NCBI RefSeq assembly: GCF_000196355.1
Contig: NC_007614.1
Coordinates: forward strand, 1,320,001-1,352,000
Source: Nitrosospira multiformis ATCC 25196
Lineage (GTDB): Bacteria; Pseudomonadota; Gammaproteobacteria; Burkholderiales; Nitrosomonadaceae
DNA: 32,000 nt
Direction: 5' to 3'
This document shows positions 1 to 9,373 of this stretch, one piece after another. Below the pieces are notes generated by a model. That model worked only from the letters and a program-made list of their open reading frames with translations. It was not told where the DNA came from and did no database searches. Every line of letters begins with the position of its first letter. The stretch's first letter is position 1. Both the position numbers and the translations under genes were made by a program.

Positions 1-2
1 CC

Positions 3-578
3 TATTTCAATGATCTGCTGGCGGATCTGGTGGAGGTCAAGCCCGAACAAGTGGAATCTGTTCTACGCGATCATGGCCAGAAGGCTGATTTCAAGGTGTT
101 GCAATTGGGCGGGGGTGAGTGTGCGGGCATAGTACAGACAAGGACGGGCACGAGCTTTTTCGAAGCGGCACATGAGCGCAATTATCGGGATGCGCTCAAG
201 TTTCAACTGAAATTTGCCGATTCTGTTGGGTGCGCCGAAGAAATTGCGCGCCTGCTCGCACAAGGTACGCTGGAACTGATTGGCGGCCAGAAGCGCGACG
301 ACTTGTCGGATTTGGCGGAGGAATTCCGACGTTTGCTGCCCACCAAGCCGCGGCTGTCCCGGCAGTTGGCCAAATTTGCGGAAGATTTCGCGAGCCCTGC
401 GGAAGAGTTGAATGACGCTCGCCTGACCGAGTGGTTTGCCGAATTGGATACGTGGACGATGGAGGTCGCGCAGTTCTGCCTGGATTTCGACCGTGGGCTC
501 GATCTGGAGGGTGCGCTGCCGAGGCCGCTTCCCGCGAAGTCAGCGTTGGGACGGGTACCTTCATCGGCAACTGTCTGA
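3..578 (+). CDS. hypothetical protein, 5'-truncated by the window edge (C-terminal part only)
   Basis: The frame of the 30..578 ORF stays open back to nt 3 (YFNDLLADL-VEVKPEQ...), so the true start is upstream of the window. No motif I can assign. It does not look like the DUF934/CysI-type genes that often precede cysH. Confidence 0.5.
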   Translation, partial: YFNDLLADLVEVKPEQVESVLRDHGQKADFKVLQLGGGECAGIVQTRTGTSFFEAAHERNYRDALKFQLKFADSVGCAEEIARLLAQGTLELIGGQKRDDLSDLAEEFRRLLPTKPRLSRQLAKFAEDFASPAEELNDARLTEWFAELDTWTMEVAQFCLDFDRGLDLEGALPRPLPAKSALGRVPSSATV

Positions 579-620
579 TTAACTCGATGAATGATTGGCC
601 GGGAATGATTGGTTGAGGAC

Positions 621-1379
621 ATGAGCCTGGATCAAAAAATTGCAGAGGTGCGAACCCTGCTCGAGAGGGTGCAGAAAGATTATTTGCCTGCCACTTTCGC
701 AAACAGTTTCGGCGCTGAGGATATGGTGCTGACCGATCTCATTGCGCGGCATTATCCGGATATCGAAATGTTCACATTGGATACCGGACGGCTTCCGCAG
801 GAAACCTATGACCTCATGCAGCAGGTTACCGAGCGGTACGGCATCCGGATTCCAGTCTATTTTCCGGATGCTGCCGCAGTGGAAGCGTACGTGGCGCAGA
901 ACGGCCCCAATGCGTTTTACGACAGCGTGGATTTGCGCAAGAAGTGCTGCCACATCCGCAAGGTCGAACCATTGAAACGGGCCTTGAGGGATAAGCGCGC
1001 ATGGATTACCGGTTTGCGCCGGGATCAGGCGCCCACGCGGAAGGGTTTGGTCGAATCGGAGTTCGATGCCGAGAACGGTCTGCAAAAATTCAGCCCTTTG
1101 CTGGACTGGAGCCAGGCTGACGTGTGGGCGTATCTCAAGCAGTTCGATGTGCCATACAACGCTCTGCACGACAAAGGTTACACGAGTATCGGATGCGCTC
1201 CTTGCACTCGCGCCATTACCCCCGGTGAGGATGTTCGTGCGGGCCGCTGGTGGTGGGAGGATCCGGAAATCAAGGAATGTGGCCTGCATCCTGGCAAAAA
1301 ACGCGGCGCCCATAATATCGCCAGCGCAACTACTGCCGGTTCAGGCGCGGCAGTAAAGGATCTGGCTGTTTCAGACTGA
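621..1379 (+). CDS. cysH: adenosine 5'-phosphosulfate (APS)/PAPS reductase, Fe-S cluster type
   Basis: ATG at 621 (MSLDQKIAEV...); the ORF opens at TTG 609. PAPS-reductase fold motifs are present: SFGAEDMVLTDLI, FTLDTGRL and C-terminal KECGLH. A Cys pair KKCCHIRK plus GCAPC gives the CC...CxxC signature of [4Fe-4S] bacterial APS reductases. Confidence 0.93.
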   Translation: MSLDQKIAEVRTLLERVQKDYLPATFANSFGAEDMVLTDLIARHYPDIEMFTLDTGRLPQETYDLMQQVTERYGIRIPVYFPDAAAVEAYVAQNGPNAFYDSVDLRKKCCHIRKVEPLKRALRDKRAWITGLRRDQAPTRKGLVESEFDAENGLQKFSPLLDWSQADVWAYLKQFDVPYNALHDKGYTSIGCAPCTRAITPGEDVRAGRWWWEDPEIKECGLHPGKKRGAHNIASATTAGSGAAVKDLAVSD

Positions 1380-1500
1380 ATACGGGATCCCGGAAAGCGG
1401 GAATAAAAGACATCGGCGGGCACAGTAGGAATAATAAGCAGGGATAGTAGGGACGAAGGAATTGCGTGGAGCGCCTCCTGAACTGAATGGGGATTGTTTG

Positions 1501-2502
1501 ATGGACGTTATTTTGAATCAAATGGATGAATTTGCACCTGTTGCAGGACCGGTTGCAGGTCTTGTGATGAAGAATGAACCCGTCGTCATCAAGCGGCGTG
1601 CCGCGCGACAACTTAGCCACCTTGAAGCACTGGAAAGCGAAGCAATCCATATCATGCGCGAGGTCGCGGCCGAGTGTGCCAATCCAGCTCTACTCTTTTC
1701 CGGTGGCAAGGACTCGATTGTTCTTCTGCGTCTGGCGGAAAAGGCTTTCCGTCCCGGACGTTTCCCGTTTCCTTTGATGCATGTCGATACCGGCCATAAT
1801 TTTCCGGAAGTGATCGAGTTTCGTGACCGCCGTGTCAAACAGCTCGGTGAGCGCTTAATTGTTGCCAGCATGGAAGACTCGATCAAGCAGGGAAGGGTGG
1901 TGCTGCGCTCGGAAAATCAGAGCCGTAATCCCTTTCAATCCGTGACGCTGCTGGATGCCATCGCCGAACACGGTTTCGATGCCTGCATTGGCGGCGCCCG
2001 GCGCGACGAGGAGAAAGCTCGGGCAAAGGAACGCATATTCTCCTTCCGGGATGAATTCGGCCAATGGGATCCGAAGAATCAGCGCCCGGAATTATGGGAT
2101 CTTTACAATGCAAGAGTTCATCCGGGAGAAAATATCCGCGTATTTCCCATCAGCAACTGGACGGAACTCGATGTGTGGGAATACATTTCACGCGAGGGGC
2201 TGGAGGTGCCGCATATCTATTTCGCCCACAGGCGTGATGTCATCCGGCGCGGCAGTGGGCTTTTGCCGATATCCCACCTGGTTCAGCCGAAGGAAGGGGA
2301 AAAGGTTGAAAATCTCATGGTGCGCTTCCGGACGGTGGGTGACATGAGCTGCACCTGTCCGGTGGAGTCGGCAGCGGTCGGTATTGGGGAAATCATTGCA
2401 GAGACGGCGGTTACGCGAATTACCGAGCGGGGTGCAACGCGCATGGACGACCAGACATCGGAGGCTTCCATGGAGTTGCGCAAGAGAGAAGGATATTTCT
2501 GA
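1501..2502 (+). CDS. cysD: sulfate adenylyltransferase subunit 2
   Basis: Near full-length CysD pattern: LLFSGGKDS, HVDTGHNFPE, GGARRDEEKARAKERIFSFRD, WDPKNQRPELW and C-terminal MELRKREGYF. The ORF opens at TTG 1462. ATGs at 1501, 1522 and 1567 are alternative starts, so the start is uncertain. Confidence 0.92.
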   Translation: MDVILNQMDEFAPVAGPVAGLVMKNEPVVIKRRAARQLSHLEALESEAIHIMREVAAECANPALLFSGGKDSIVLLRLAEKAFRPGRFPFPLMHVDTGHNFPEVIEFRDRRVKQLGERLIVASMEDSIKQGRVVLRSENQSRNPFQSVTLLDAIAEHGFDACIGGARRDEEKARAKERIFSFRDEFGQWDPKNQRPELWDLYNARVHPGENIRVFPISNWTELDVWEYISREGLEVPHIYFAHRRDVIRRGSGLLPISHLVQPKEGEKVENLMVRFRTVGDMSCTCPVESAAVGIGEIIAETAVTRITERGATRMDDQTSEASMELRKREGYF

Positions 2503-2643
2503 GAGGCGTTGCCATCTCCCGAGCGACTCCGGTTTTCCTTTTTTAAGATGACAGCTTCTGAAAGCAGGTAATCTCCGATCTTGTTTCATCTTTGCTTCAG
2601 TTTATAAAGTAACGGGAAAGCAGAATTTCAAGACGAGTGTTAA

Positions 2644-3927
2644 ATGTCAGCTATTGAAAATATTTCTTTCGATCATTCGGAATTGTTGCGTTTCATTACC
2701 GCAGGTAGTGTGGATGACGGCAAAAGCACGCTGATCGGGCGCTTGCTGCATGACTCAAAATCGATTTTTGAAGATCAGTTGAGCGCGATCACCCATACTT
2801 CGCGCAAGCGCGGGATGGAGGCTGTCGATCTGTCGCTGCTCACCGATGGCCTCCAGGCAGAGCGCGAACAAGGCATTACCATCGATGTGGCCTATCGTTA
2901 CTTCGCCACTCCCAAGCGCAAATTCATCATTGCTGACACGCCAGGCCATGAGCAATATACCCGCAACATGGTGACCGGCGCTTCCACCGCCAATCTTGCC
3001 ATTATCCTGATCGATGCGCGCAAGGGTGTGCTCACGCAATCCCGCCGTCATGCCTACCTCGCCAGCCTCGTCGGTATTCCTCATCTGGTGGTGGCGGTAA
3101 ACAAGATGGATCTGGTGAATTACTCCCGGGATGTATTTGAACGAATCTGCCAGGAGTTTCACCGTTTCGTTGCCGGGCTCAATCTGAAAAACATCGCCTA
3201 TATTCCGATGTCCGCGCTCAACGGCGATATGGTAGTCGAGCGCGGCAACAACCTCGGCTGGTACGAAGGCATGACGTTGATGGATTTACTGGAAAAGGTT
3301 CCGGTCGACCATGACATCAACCTTGAAGATTTTCGCTTTCCCGTGCAATTGGTGTGTCGCCCGCAAACGGAGGAATGGCACGACTTTCGGGGCTACATGG
3401 GCCGTATCGAATCCGGTTCCATCAGTGTGGGTGACGAGGTGCAGGTTCTGCCCTCCGGCTTGACTTCGCGCATCAAGGAGATTGTTACCTATGAAGGAAA
3501 TGTCGAGGAGGCAGTTGCGCCCCAGTCGGTAACGCTGACGATTGAAGATCATCTGGACATATCAAGGGGAGACATGCTGGTAAAAATTTCCCAGCTTCCC
3601 CAGGTTACAAGAGAATTTGATGCGATGCTGTGCTGGTTGTCTGAGCAGAGCCTCGATCCCCGACGCAAATACCTGATCAAGCATTCTACACGGCTGGTAA
3701 AAGCCGTCATATCCCGCATAGAGTACCGGCTGGATATCAATACCCTGAAACATGAAGGCGCCGATATTCTCAAAATGAATGACATTGCGCGGGTATCGCT
3801 CAAGGTTCATCAACCTCTCGTATGGGATGCATATCAGCGTAACCATGCCACCGGCAGCTTCATCGTGATTGATGAGGTTACGAACAATACCGTGGCCGCA
3901 GGGATGATTTGCCCTTCAAAAGGTTAG
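2644..3927 (+). CDS. cysN: sulfate adenylyltransferase subunit 1 (GTPase), without fused APS kinase domain
   Basis: GTPase motifs GSVDDGKST (G1), DTPGHEQY (G3) and NKMD (G4), followed by EF-Tu-like beta-barrel domains. The protein ends ...NNTVAAGMICPSKG with no CysC extension. Confidence 0.95.
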   Translation: MSAIENISFDHSELLRFITAGSVDDGKSTLIGRLLHDSKSIFEDQLSAITHTSRKRGMEAVDLSLLTDGLQAEREQGITIDVAYRYFATPKRKFIIADTPGHEQYTRNMVTGASTANLAIILIDARKGVLTQSRRHAYLASLVGIPHLVVAVNKMDLVNYSRDVFERICQEFHRFVAGLNLKNIAYIPMSALNGDMVVERGNNLGWYEGMTLMDLLEKVPVDHDINLEDFRFPVQLVCRPQTEEWHDFRGYMGRIESGSISVGDEVQVLPSGLTSRIKEIVTYEGNVEEAVAPQSVTLTIEDHLDISRGDMLVKISQLPQVTREFDAMLCWLSEQSLDPRRKYLIKHSTRLVKAVISRIEYRLDINTLKHEGADILKMNDIARVSLKVHQPLVWDAYQRNHATGSFIVIDEVTNNTVAAGMICPSKG

Positions 3928-4192
3928 GGTCGGTAAGCCCGAGGGCTGTCAGGAAGTAGCAGGTGTTTTAATGCTGCAGGACTGGCAGCAACACAGTCCG
4001 GATAGCTCAACAAGGCGTATGGGGAGATAAGGGGCGGATAAGGGGAACAGGACCTTGCCGCTTTTGTATTTTTAAAGCGGGAAAAAGCACAAACTGAAAA
4101 GGGATATAAAACTTTTCGTATGTAATCAGTGTTGATGGCTGATGTTTTTTGCCCCTTTTTGATTTCACTTATAACTTTTGAATGACTTTATC

Positions 4193-7100
4193 ATGACAAG
4201 TTTACAATCGCCGCTTCACCCGGCACAGGTATCTGACGTTCCATCTCCGGCGCTGGGGTTTGGCATGGCTTTTGCCGACCTGTATCGTCGGGAAGGGCTG
4301 GTGAGACTGGACCAGGCATTCCTTGGTTTTCTCGATGAAGGAGAGCCGGGACTGCGTCTTCGTCTGGAGCATGCGCGAATCCAACCCGATCATCTCGATC
4401 GCAAGGAAGAAGCTGCACTGCTGATTGAAGTCGCGCCCTGGATGGAGGATTTCATTGCCAAGCTGTTCGGCATAGAGAAAGAAGCCGGAGCGCTTGCCGC
4501 ACGTCATCATCAGCTCGCCCCCCTTTATTCCTGCAAGAGGCTCTTCGTGCAGCGGCGCGCCATGAACAAGGTCAGTGAGGCGGATGCCGCCGCAGTGGAT
4601 GGTGTTGCACTGGAAGCAAAACTGGTGGCCGAATTCGGCACTTCTTTCTCGGAGCTGGCTTTTGCAACAAAAGTGACGGAATGGCTGCTGGACGAGGGCG
4701 CGAATGAAGACCGCCTCAAGGATGCCTTGCTGTATGCCGCCTGGGCGTTGAAGACTCCTGCGGGGCGGGAGCGCAATGCAACTGGCGTATTGTTCAAGGC
4801 CCCGGCCAAGCTCGATTTCCTGCATCTGCTGTCAACGGAAACGGACACGTCGGCAGGTTATACGATTCACAAGCTTCATCATATACGCCGCCGCGAAGGA
4901 TTTTCCCTCACCGACCGGGGAACCGACCTCGTGGGAGCCCTGGATGAGGCGAATTATTGCATCTGGTGCCATGAACAGGGGAAGGATTCCTGTTCCAAGG
5001 GAATGAAAGAAAAACAAAAAACGCCCGATGAACCTGTTACCTTCAAGAAAAGCCAGCTTGGCGTGCTGCTGACAGGCTGTCCCCTGGAAGAGCGCATTTC
5101 GGAATTTCACAAACTCAAGACGCAGGGCGTGGCGATAGGCGGCCTGGCAATGATTGTCATCGACAACCCCATGTGTGCCGGCACGGGTCACCGTATCTGC
5201 AATGACTGCATGAAATCATGCATTTATCAGAAGCAGGAACCGGTCGATATCCCGCAGGCCGAGACGCGCACCCTCAAGGATGTCCTGGAACTGCCCTGGG
5301 GATTCGAGATATACAGCCTCCTGACTCGCTGGAATCCGCTCAATCTGCGCCGCCCTGTGCCGAAAGCACCGACGGGGCGCAAGGTGCTGGTGGTGGGCAT
5401 GGGACCAGCGGGATATACCCTGGCGCATCATTTGATGAACGACGGCCATACCGTGGTTGGAATCGATGGTCTTAAGATCGAGCCCCTGGAACCGGAACTC
5501 TCCGGCGTGAACAAGCAGGGAGAGCACGTTCCGTTCAGGGCCATCCGCAATGCGGATGAGTTGGCAGAGAATCTGGATGAGCGCCTGCCCGGGGGGTTCG
5601 GCGGTGTTGCAGAATACGGCATCACCGTCCGCTGGGACAAGAACTTTCTCAAGCTGATCCGCCTGCTTCTCGAGCGGCGGGAAGAGTTTGCGCTTTTTGG
5701 CGGTGTCCGCTTCGGCGGAACACTCACCGCGGACGATGCGTTTGCCATGGGATTCGATCATGTAGCGCTCGCCGCAGGAGCAGGACGTCCTACCGTGCTC
5801 GATTTGCCCAATGGCCTGGCGCGCGGGGTTCGCGCTGCGTCCGATTTCCTGATGGCATTGCAGTTGACCGGGGCTGCTCAGAGCAACTCGGTTGCCAACA
5901 TGCAGTTGCGCCTGCCGGTGGTGGTCATCGGCGGGGGGTTGACGGCCATCGATACCGCGACCGAAGCGCTGGCATACTATCCCGTGCAAGTGGACAAGTT
6001 CCTCCGCCGCTATGAAATTCTTGTTGCCGTCCAGGGCGAAGCAGCGATCCGTGGAGCCTGGGATGAGGAAGAACGAGAAATTGCCGAGGAGTTTCTCGGC
6101 CATGCCCGCGCCATTCGGGCAGAGCGCAAGGAAGCGGAACGGGAAGGACGCGCCCCGCGAATACTTGAGTTGCTGCAATCCTGGGGAGGCGCGACGATCG
6201 CTTATCGAAAACGCCTCATCGACAGCCCTTCCTACACGCTCAACCATGAAGAAGTCGAAAAAGCCATGGAGGAGGGCATATGGTTTGCCGAAGGGCTCAC
6301 TCCCGTCCGCGTGGATACCGATAGATGGGAGCACGCGAAGGCTGTGCATTTTGCGGTACAGGCGCTCGACGAAACCGGTTCCTGGCAGAAAACCGGGCAA
6401 GCCGTATTGCCTGCACGCGCTGTTCTGGTCGCGGCGGGCACGCAGCCCAATACGGTGCTTGCCCGGGAGGACGATAAACATTTCAAGCTGCATGGACGCT
6501 ATTTTGCCGCCTGCGATGAAAACGGCGATCCGGCAAGTCCGGCACGCGGGAATCCCAAGCCCGAGCATCCCACCGTACTGCTGAGCCGTAACGAGGATGG
6601 GCGTTTCATCAGCTTCTTCGGCGACCTGCATCCGTCCTATTCGGGGAATGTGGTGAAAGCGATGTCCAGCGCCAAGCAGGGTTATCCGGTGGTCAGCCAC
6701 GTGCTTGACCGCCTGCCACCCGCTTCCACGAAGCCTGCCTGGCTGTTTTTTGCAGAGATCAATGGCCGGCTGCGCGCAACCGTGCACAAAGTCGAACGCC
6801 TCACGCCCAATATCGTGGAGGTCGTCGTGCATGCGCCGATGGCAGTGGAACGCTTTCATCCGGGGCAATTCTATCGCTTCCAGAATTTTGCAACGCTTGC
6901 CACAACCGCAGGCGATACCAAACTTGCGATGGAAGGCATTGCGCTTACCGGCGCCTCGGTGGATGTTTCCCGCGGGCTGGTTTCGCTCATTGCACTGGAG
7001 ATGGGCGGGTCCGCGGATTTATGTGCAAGACTCAATCCGGGAGATCCTGTCGTTCTGATGGGCCCGACCGGCACGCCTACAGAGATTCTGCCGGATGAGA

Positions 7101-7771
7101 CCGTGGCACTGGTGGGCGGGGGACTGGGGAATGCCGTGCTGTTCTCCATCGGTGCTGCGGCACGGGCTGCGGGATCGAAAATCCTGTATTTTGCAGGCTA
7201 CAAGAAGCTGATCGACCGTTACAAGGTGGCGGAAATCGAGGCTGCGGCCGACGTGGTGATCTGGTGCTGCGATGAAGCGCCGGGTTTCACGCCTTCCAGG
7301 CCGGGTGATTACAGTTTTGTGGGAAACATCGTCGAGGCAATGGCCGCTTACGGAAGCGGCGCGCTGGGACCGCAGAAAATCCGTCTGGCAGATGCCGATC
7401 GCATCATTGCCATTGGTTCCGACAGGATGATGGCGGCCGTAGGCGCTGCCCGCCATACTCGGTTGAAACCCTACCTGAAAACGGATCACTTCGCGATCGG
7501 CTCCATCAACTCGCCGATGCAGTGCATGATGAAGGAAATCTGCGCTCAATGCCTGCAACCCCATAAGGACCCGAAGACCGGAGAAATTACATATGTGTTT
7601 TCGTGCTTCAACCAGGATCAACCGCTCGATCAGGTCGATTTCGGCGGATTGGCGTCGCGTTTGCGCCAGAACAGCGTGCAGGAGAAATTGACCACCCGCT
7701 GGATCAGTCATTGCCTGAAAGAGACGAGCCAGCCGGAACTCGAAGTTTCTGCGGAGCCCGTCTCTAAATAG
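4193..7771 (+). CDS. large multidomain Fe-S flavoprotein oxidoreductase (GltD/SudA/NfnB-like module fused to PyrK/SudB/NfnA-like module, plus unassigned N-terminal domain)
   Basis: ATG at 4193; the ORF opens at TTG 4178. Cys clusters CIWCHEQGKDSC and CAGTGHRICNDCMKSC. Two dinucleotide-binding motifs, VLVVGMGPAGYT and VVVIGGGLTAID. Then an FNR-like part (RATVHKVERLTPNIVEVVV, HPGQFYRF, VALVGGGLGNAVL). The C-terminal C-x6-C-x2-C...C (QCMMKEICAQC...FSC) resembles the PyrK 2Fe-2S site. Confidence 0.85.
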   Translation: MTSLQSPLHPAQVSDVPSPALGFGMAFADLYRREGLVRLDQAFLGFLDEGEPGLRLRLEHARIQPDHLDRKEEAALLIEVAPWMEDFIAKLFGIEKEAGALAARHHQLAPLYSCKRLFVQRRAMNKVSEADAAAVDGVALEAKLVAEFGTSFSELAFATKVTEWLLDEGANEDRLKDALLYAAWALKTPAGRERNATGVLFKAPAKLDFLHLLSTETDTSAGYTIHKLHHIRRREGFSLTDRGTDLVGALDEANYCIWCHEQGKDSCSKGMKEKQKTPDEPVTFKKSQLGVLLTGCPLEERISEFHKLKTQGVAIGGLAMIVIDNPMCAGTGHRICNDCMKSCIYQKQEPVDIPQAETRTLKDVLELPWGFEIYSLLTRWNPLNLRRPVPKAPTGRKVLVVGMGPAGYTLAHHLMNDGHTVVGIDGLKIEPLEPELSGVNKQGEHVPFRAIRNADELAENLDERLPGGFGGVAEYGITVRWDKNFLKLIRLLLERREEFALFGGVRFGGTLTADDAFAMGFDHVALAAGAGRPTVLDLPNGLARGVRAASDFLMALQLTGAAQSNSVANMQLRLPVVVIGGGLTAIDTATEALAYYPVQVDKFLRRYEILVAVQGEAAIRGAWDEEEREIAEEFLGHARAIRAERKEAEREGRAPRILELLQSWGGATIAYRKRLIDSPSYTLNHEEVEKAMEEGIWFAEGLTPVRVDTDRWEHAKAVHFAVQALDETGSWQKTGQAVLPARAVLVAAGTQPNTVLAREDDKHFKLHGRYFAACDENGDPASPARGNPKPEHPTVLLSRNEDGRFISFFGDLHPSYSGNVVKAMSSAKQGYPVVSHVLDRLPPASTKPAWLFFAEINGRLRATVHKVERLTPNIVEVVVHAPMAVERFHPGQFYRFQNFATLATTAGDTKLAMEGIALTGASVDVSRGLVSLIALEMGGSADLCARLNPGDPVVLMGPTGTPTEILPDETVALVGGGLGNAVLFSIGAAARAAGSKILYFAGYKKLIDRYKVAEIEAAADVVIWCCDEAPGFTPSRPGDYSFVGNIVEAMAAYGSGALGPQKIRLADADRIIAIGSDRMMAAVGAARHTRLKPYLKTDHFAIGSINSPMQCMMKEICAQCLQPHKDPKTGEITYVFSCFNQDQPLDQVDFGGLASRLRQNSVQEKLTTRWISHCLKETSQPELEVSAEPVSK

Positions 7772-7783
7772 GGAACATCGCCT

Positions 7784-7812
7784 TTCCGGAAAACAGGAAT
7801 CCGGGTTTTTTC
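7784..7812 (+). terminator. candidate rho-independent terminator after the large oxidoreductase gene
   Basis: CCGGA (7786-7790) pairs with TCCGG (7800-7804) across a 9-nt loop, followed by GTTTTTT (7805-7811). It starts 13 nt after the stop codon. The stem is short. Confidence 0.5.
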
Positions 7813-8139
7813 CAAATCAAAACAATTGCGGGACGGTTCTGCGGGACGATGAAAACGTTGTCCGCAGAGCTTGCCTGCACTTCCGCACTTTCATGAATTG
7901 TTATAACCGGAAGCGCGCAATCGTGATCTTTTCAAGTCCGCTGATCACCCTTGCAAGAGAAAGAACTGGCGGAAAGTTGGAGAAAAGAATCGGTTTTTCA
8001 TTTGATCGAGCACTGCATTGTGCCCAGGTTCATTTATAATTCGGGGTTTTTGTTGGAACAGGGCTCCGCGATGGGTGCGAGGGGCTTTTTACCTCGCCAC
8101 CGAGCGTGGCGCATACAAGAAAGATAAAGGGAGATATTC

Positions 8140-9267
8140 ATGCATATAGGAATACCGGCAGAGACCCGTGGGGGAGAAACCCGGGTTGCCGCCACGCCGG
8201 AGACGGTCAAGAAATTTACCGCCAAAGGTTTGCATGTCGTTCTGGTGCAGTCGGGCGCGGGTGCGGGCGCGAGCATAGCGGATGAGGAATACCAGGCTGC
8301 CGGCGCAAGTATCGTGACCGATCCCGGCGAACTGTATGGGCAATCTCAGATCGTGCTCAAGGTGCGGGCCCCCGAAGCGTCTGAACTCGCATTGATGCGC
8401 AAGGATGCCGTATTGGTTGGACTGCTTTCTCCACATCAGGCCGAGGGTATCGAAGTGCTTGCCGCTCACGGTATAACCGCTTTTTCGATGGAGAAACTGC
8501 CGCGTATTTCGCGTGCCCAGAGCATGGATGTGCTGTCGTCACAGGCCAACATCGCCGGATACAAGGCGGTGATCATGGCAGCCAATATCTACCAGAAATT
8601 TTTCCCCATGCTGATGACAGCGGCGGGTACGGTAAAGGCGGCGAGAGTACTGGTTCTGGGCGCAGGAGTGGCGGGATTGCAGGCCATTGCCACCGCCAAA
8701 CGGCTGGGGGCGGTAATCGAAGCATTCGATGTGCGCCCGGCAGCCAAGGAACAGGTGGAAAGCCTGGGCGCCAAGTTTGTCGAGGTTGCGCTCAGCGACG
8801 AGGAAAAGGCGCAAGCGGAAACCGCAGGTGGATACGCGCGGGAAATGTCGGAGGATTACAAACGCCGCCAGGGCGAACTGGTGCACCAGCGCGCCTCTGC
8901 AGCCGACATCATCATTACGACGGCGCTGATTCCCGGCCGTCCGGCCCCCGTGCTGATCCGGGAAGAAACGGTGCAGGCGATGAAACCGGGTTCCGTCATT
9001 GTCGACCTGGCGGTTGAAGCCGGTGGCAACTGTCCCTTGTCTGAATTGAACAAGGTCGTCGTGAAACATGGCGTGCATCTCGTCGGCATTGCCAATCTGC
9101 CCGGACTGGTAGCCGCCGATTCCAGCGCCCTGTATGCGCGCAACCTGATGAATTTCGTGAACCTGATGCTCGATGCAAAGACAGGCGAACTCAACATAAA
9201 TCGTGAAGACGAAATCATCGCCGGAACCTTGGTATGCGCCAACGGGGAAGTCATCGGGAAAACCTGA
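8140..9267 (+). CDS. pntAA: NAD(P) transhydrogenase subunit alpha, part 1 (dI)
   Basis: AlaDH/PNT family N-terminus MHIGIPAETRGGETRVAATPETVKK. Rossmann motif VLVLGAGVAGLQAIATAKRLGA. SD-like AAAGGGAG lies upstream of the ATG. Confidence 0.93.
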   Translation: MHIGIPAETRGGETRVAATPETVKKFTAKGLHVVLVQSGAGAGASIADEEYQAAGASIVTDPGELYGQSQIVLKVRAPEASELALMRKDAVLVGLLSPHQAEGIEVLAAHGITAFSMEKLPRISRAQSMDVLSSQANIAGYKAVIMAANIYQKFFPMLMTAAGTVKAARVLVLGAGVAGLQAIATAKRLGAVIEAFDVRPAAKEQVESLGAKFVEVALSDEEKAQAETAGGYAREMSEDYKRRQGELVHQRASAADIIITTALIPGRPAPVLIREETVQAMKPGSVIVDLAVEAGGNCPLSELNKVVVKHGVHLVGIANLPGLVAADSSALYARNLMNFVNLMLDAKTGELNINREDEIIAGTLVCANGEVIGKT

Positions 9268-9373
9268 AGGAAAACACGCCTCGGACTGAAAAGCACCGCC
9301 TGTGTCTTAACCGTTGCTTTTCCTCCCCCGGTTCGTGTCCTGGTAAAAAGTTAACAGATTAGAAGGAGCGATC

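Noticed and set aside
5216-6868. Very long antisense ORFs: 5216-6868 (-) 550 aa; also 579-1313 (-), 10409-11437 (-), 12286-13377 (-), 21574-22353 (-) and 26367-27023 (-).
   Set aside because: Each lies exactly opposite a + strand gene with strong family motifs (oxidoreductase, cysH, pntB, ald, Ere-like, hsp20). Their translations are Arg/Pro/Gly/His-rich, low-complexity 'shadow' sequence with no motifs. This is typical of GC-rich coding DNA read on the wrong strand.
8035-8040. Perfect TATAAT ~100 nt upstream of pntAA as a sigma-70 promoter.
   Set aside because: There is no acceptable -35 hexamer at 16-18 nt: ACTGCA at the right spacing, TTGTGC too close, TTGATC too far. There is also no extended -10 TG. 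It is plausible but not supportable from sequence alone.
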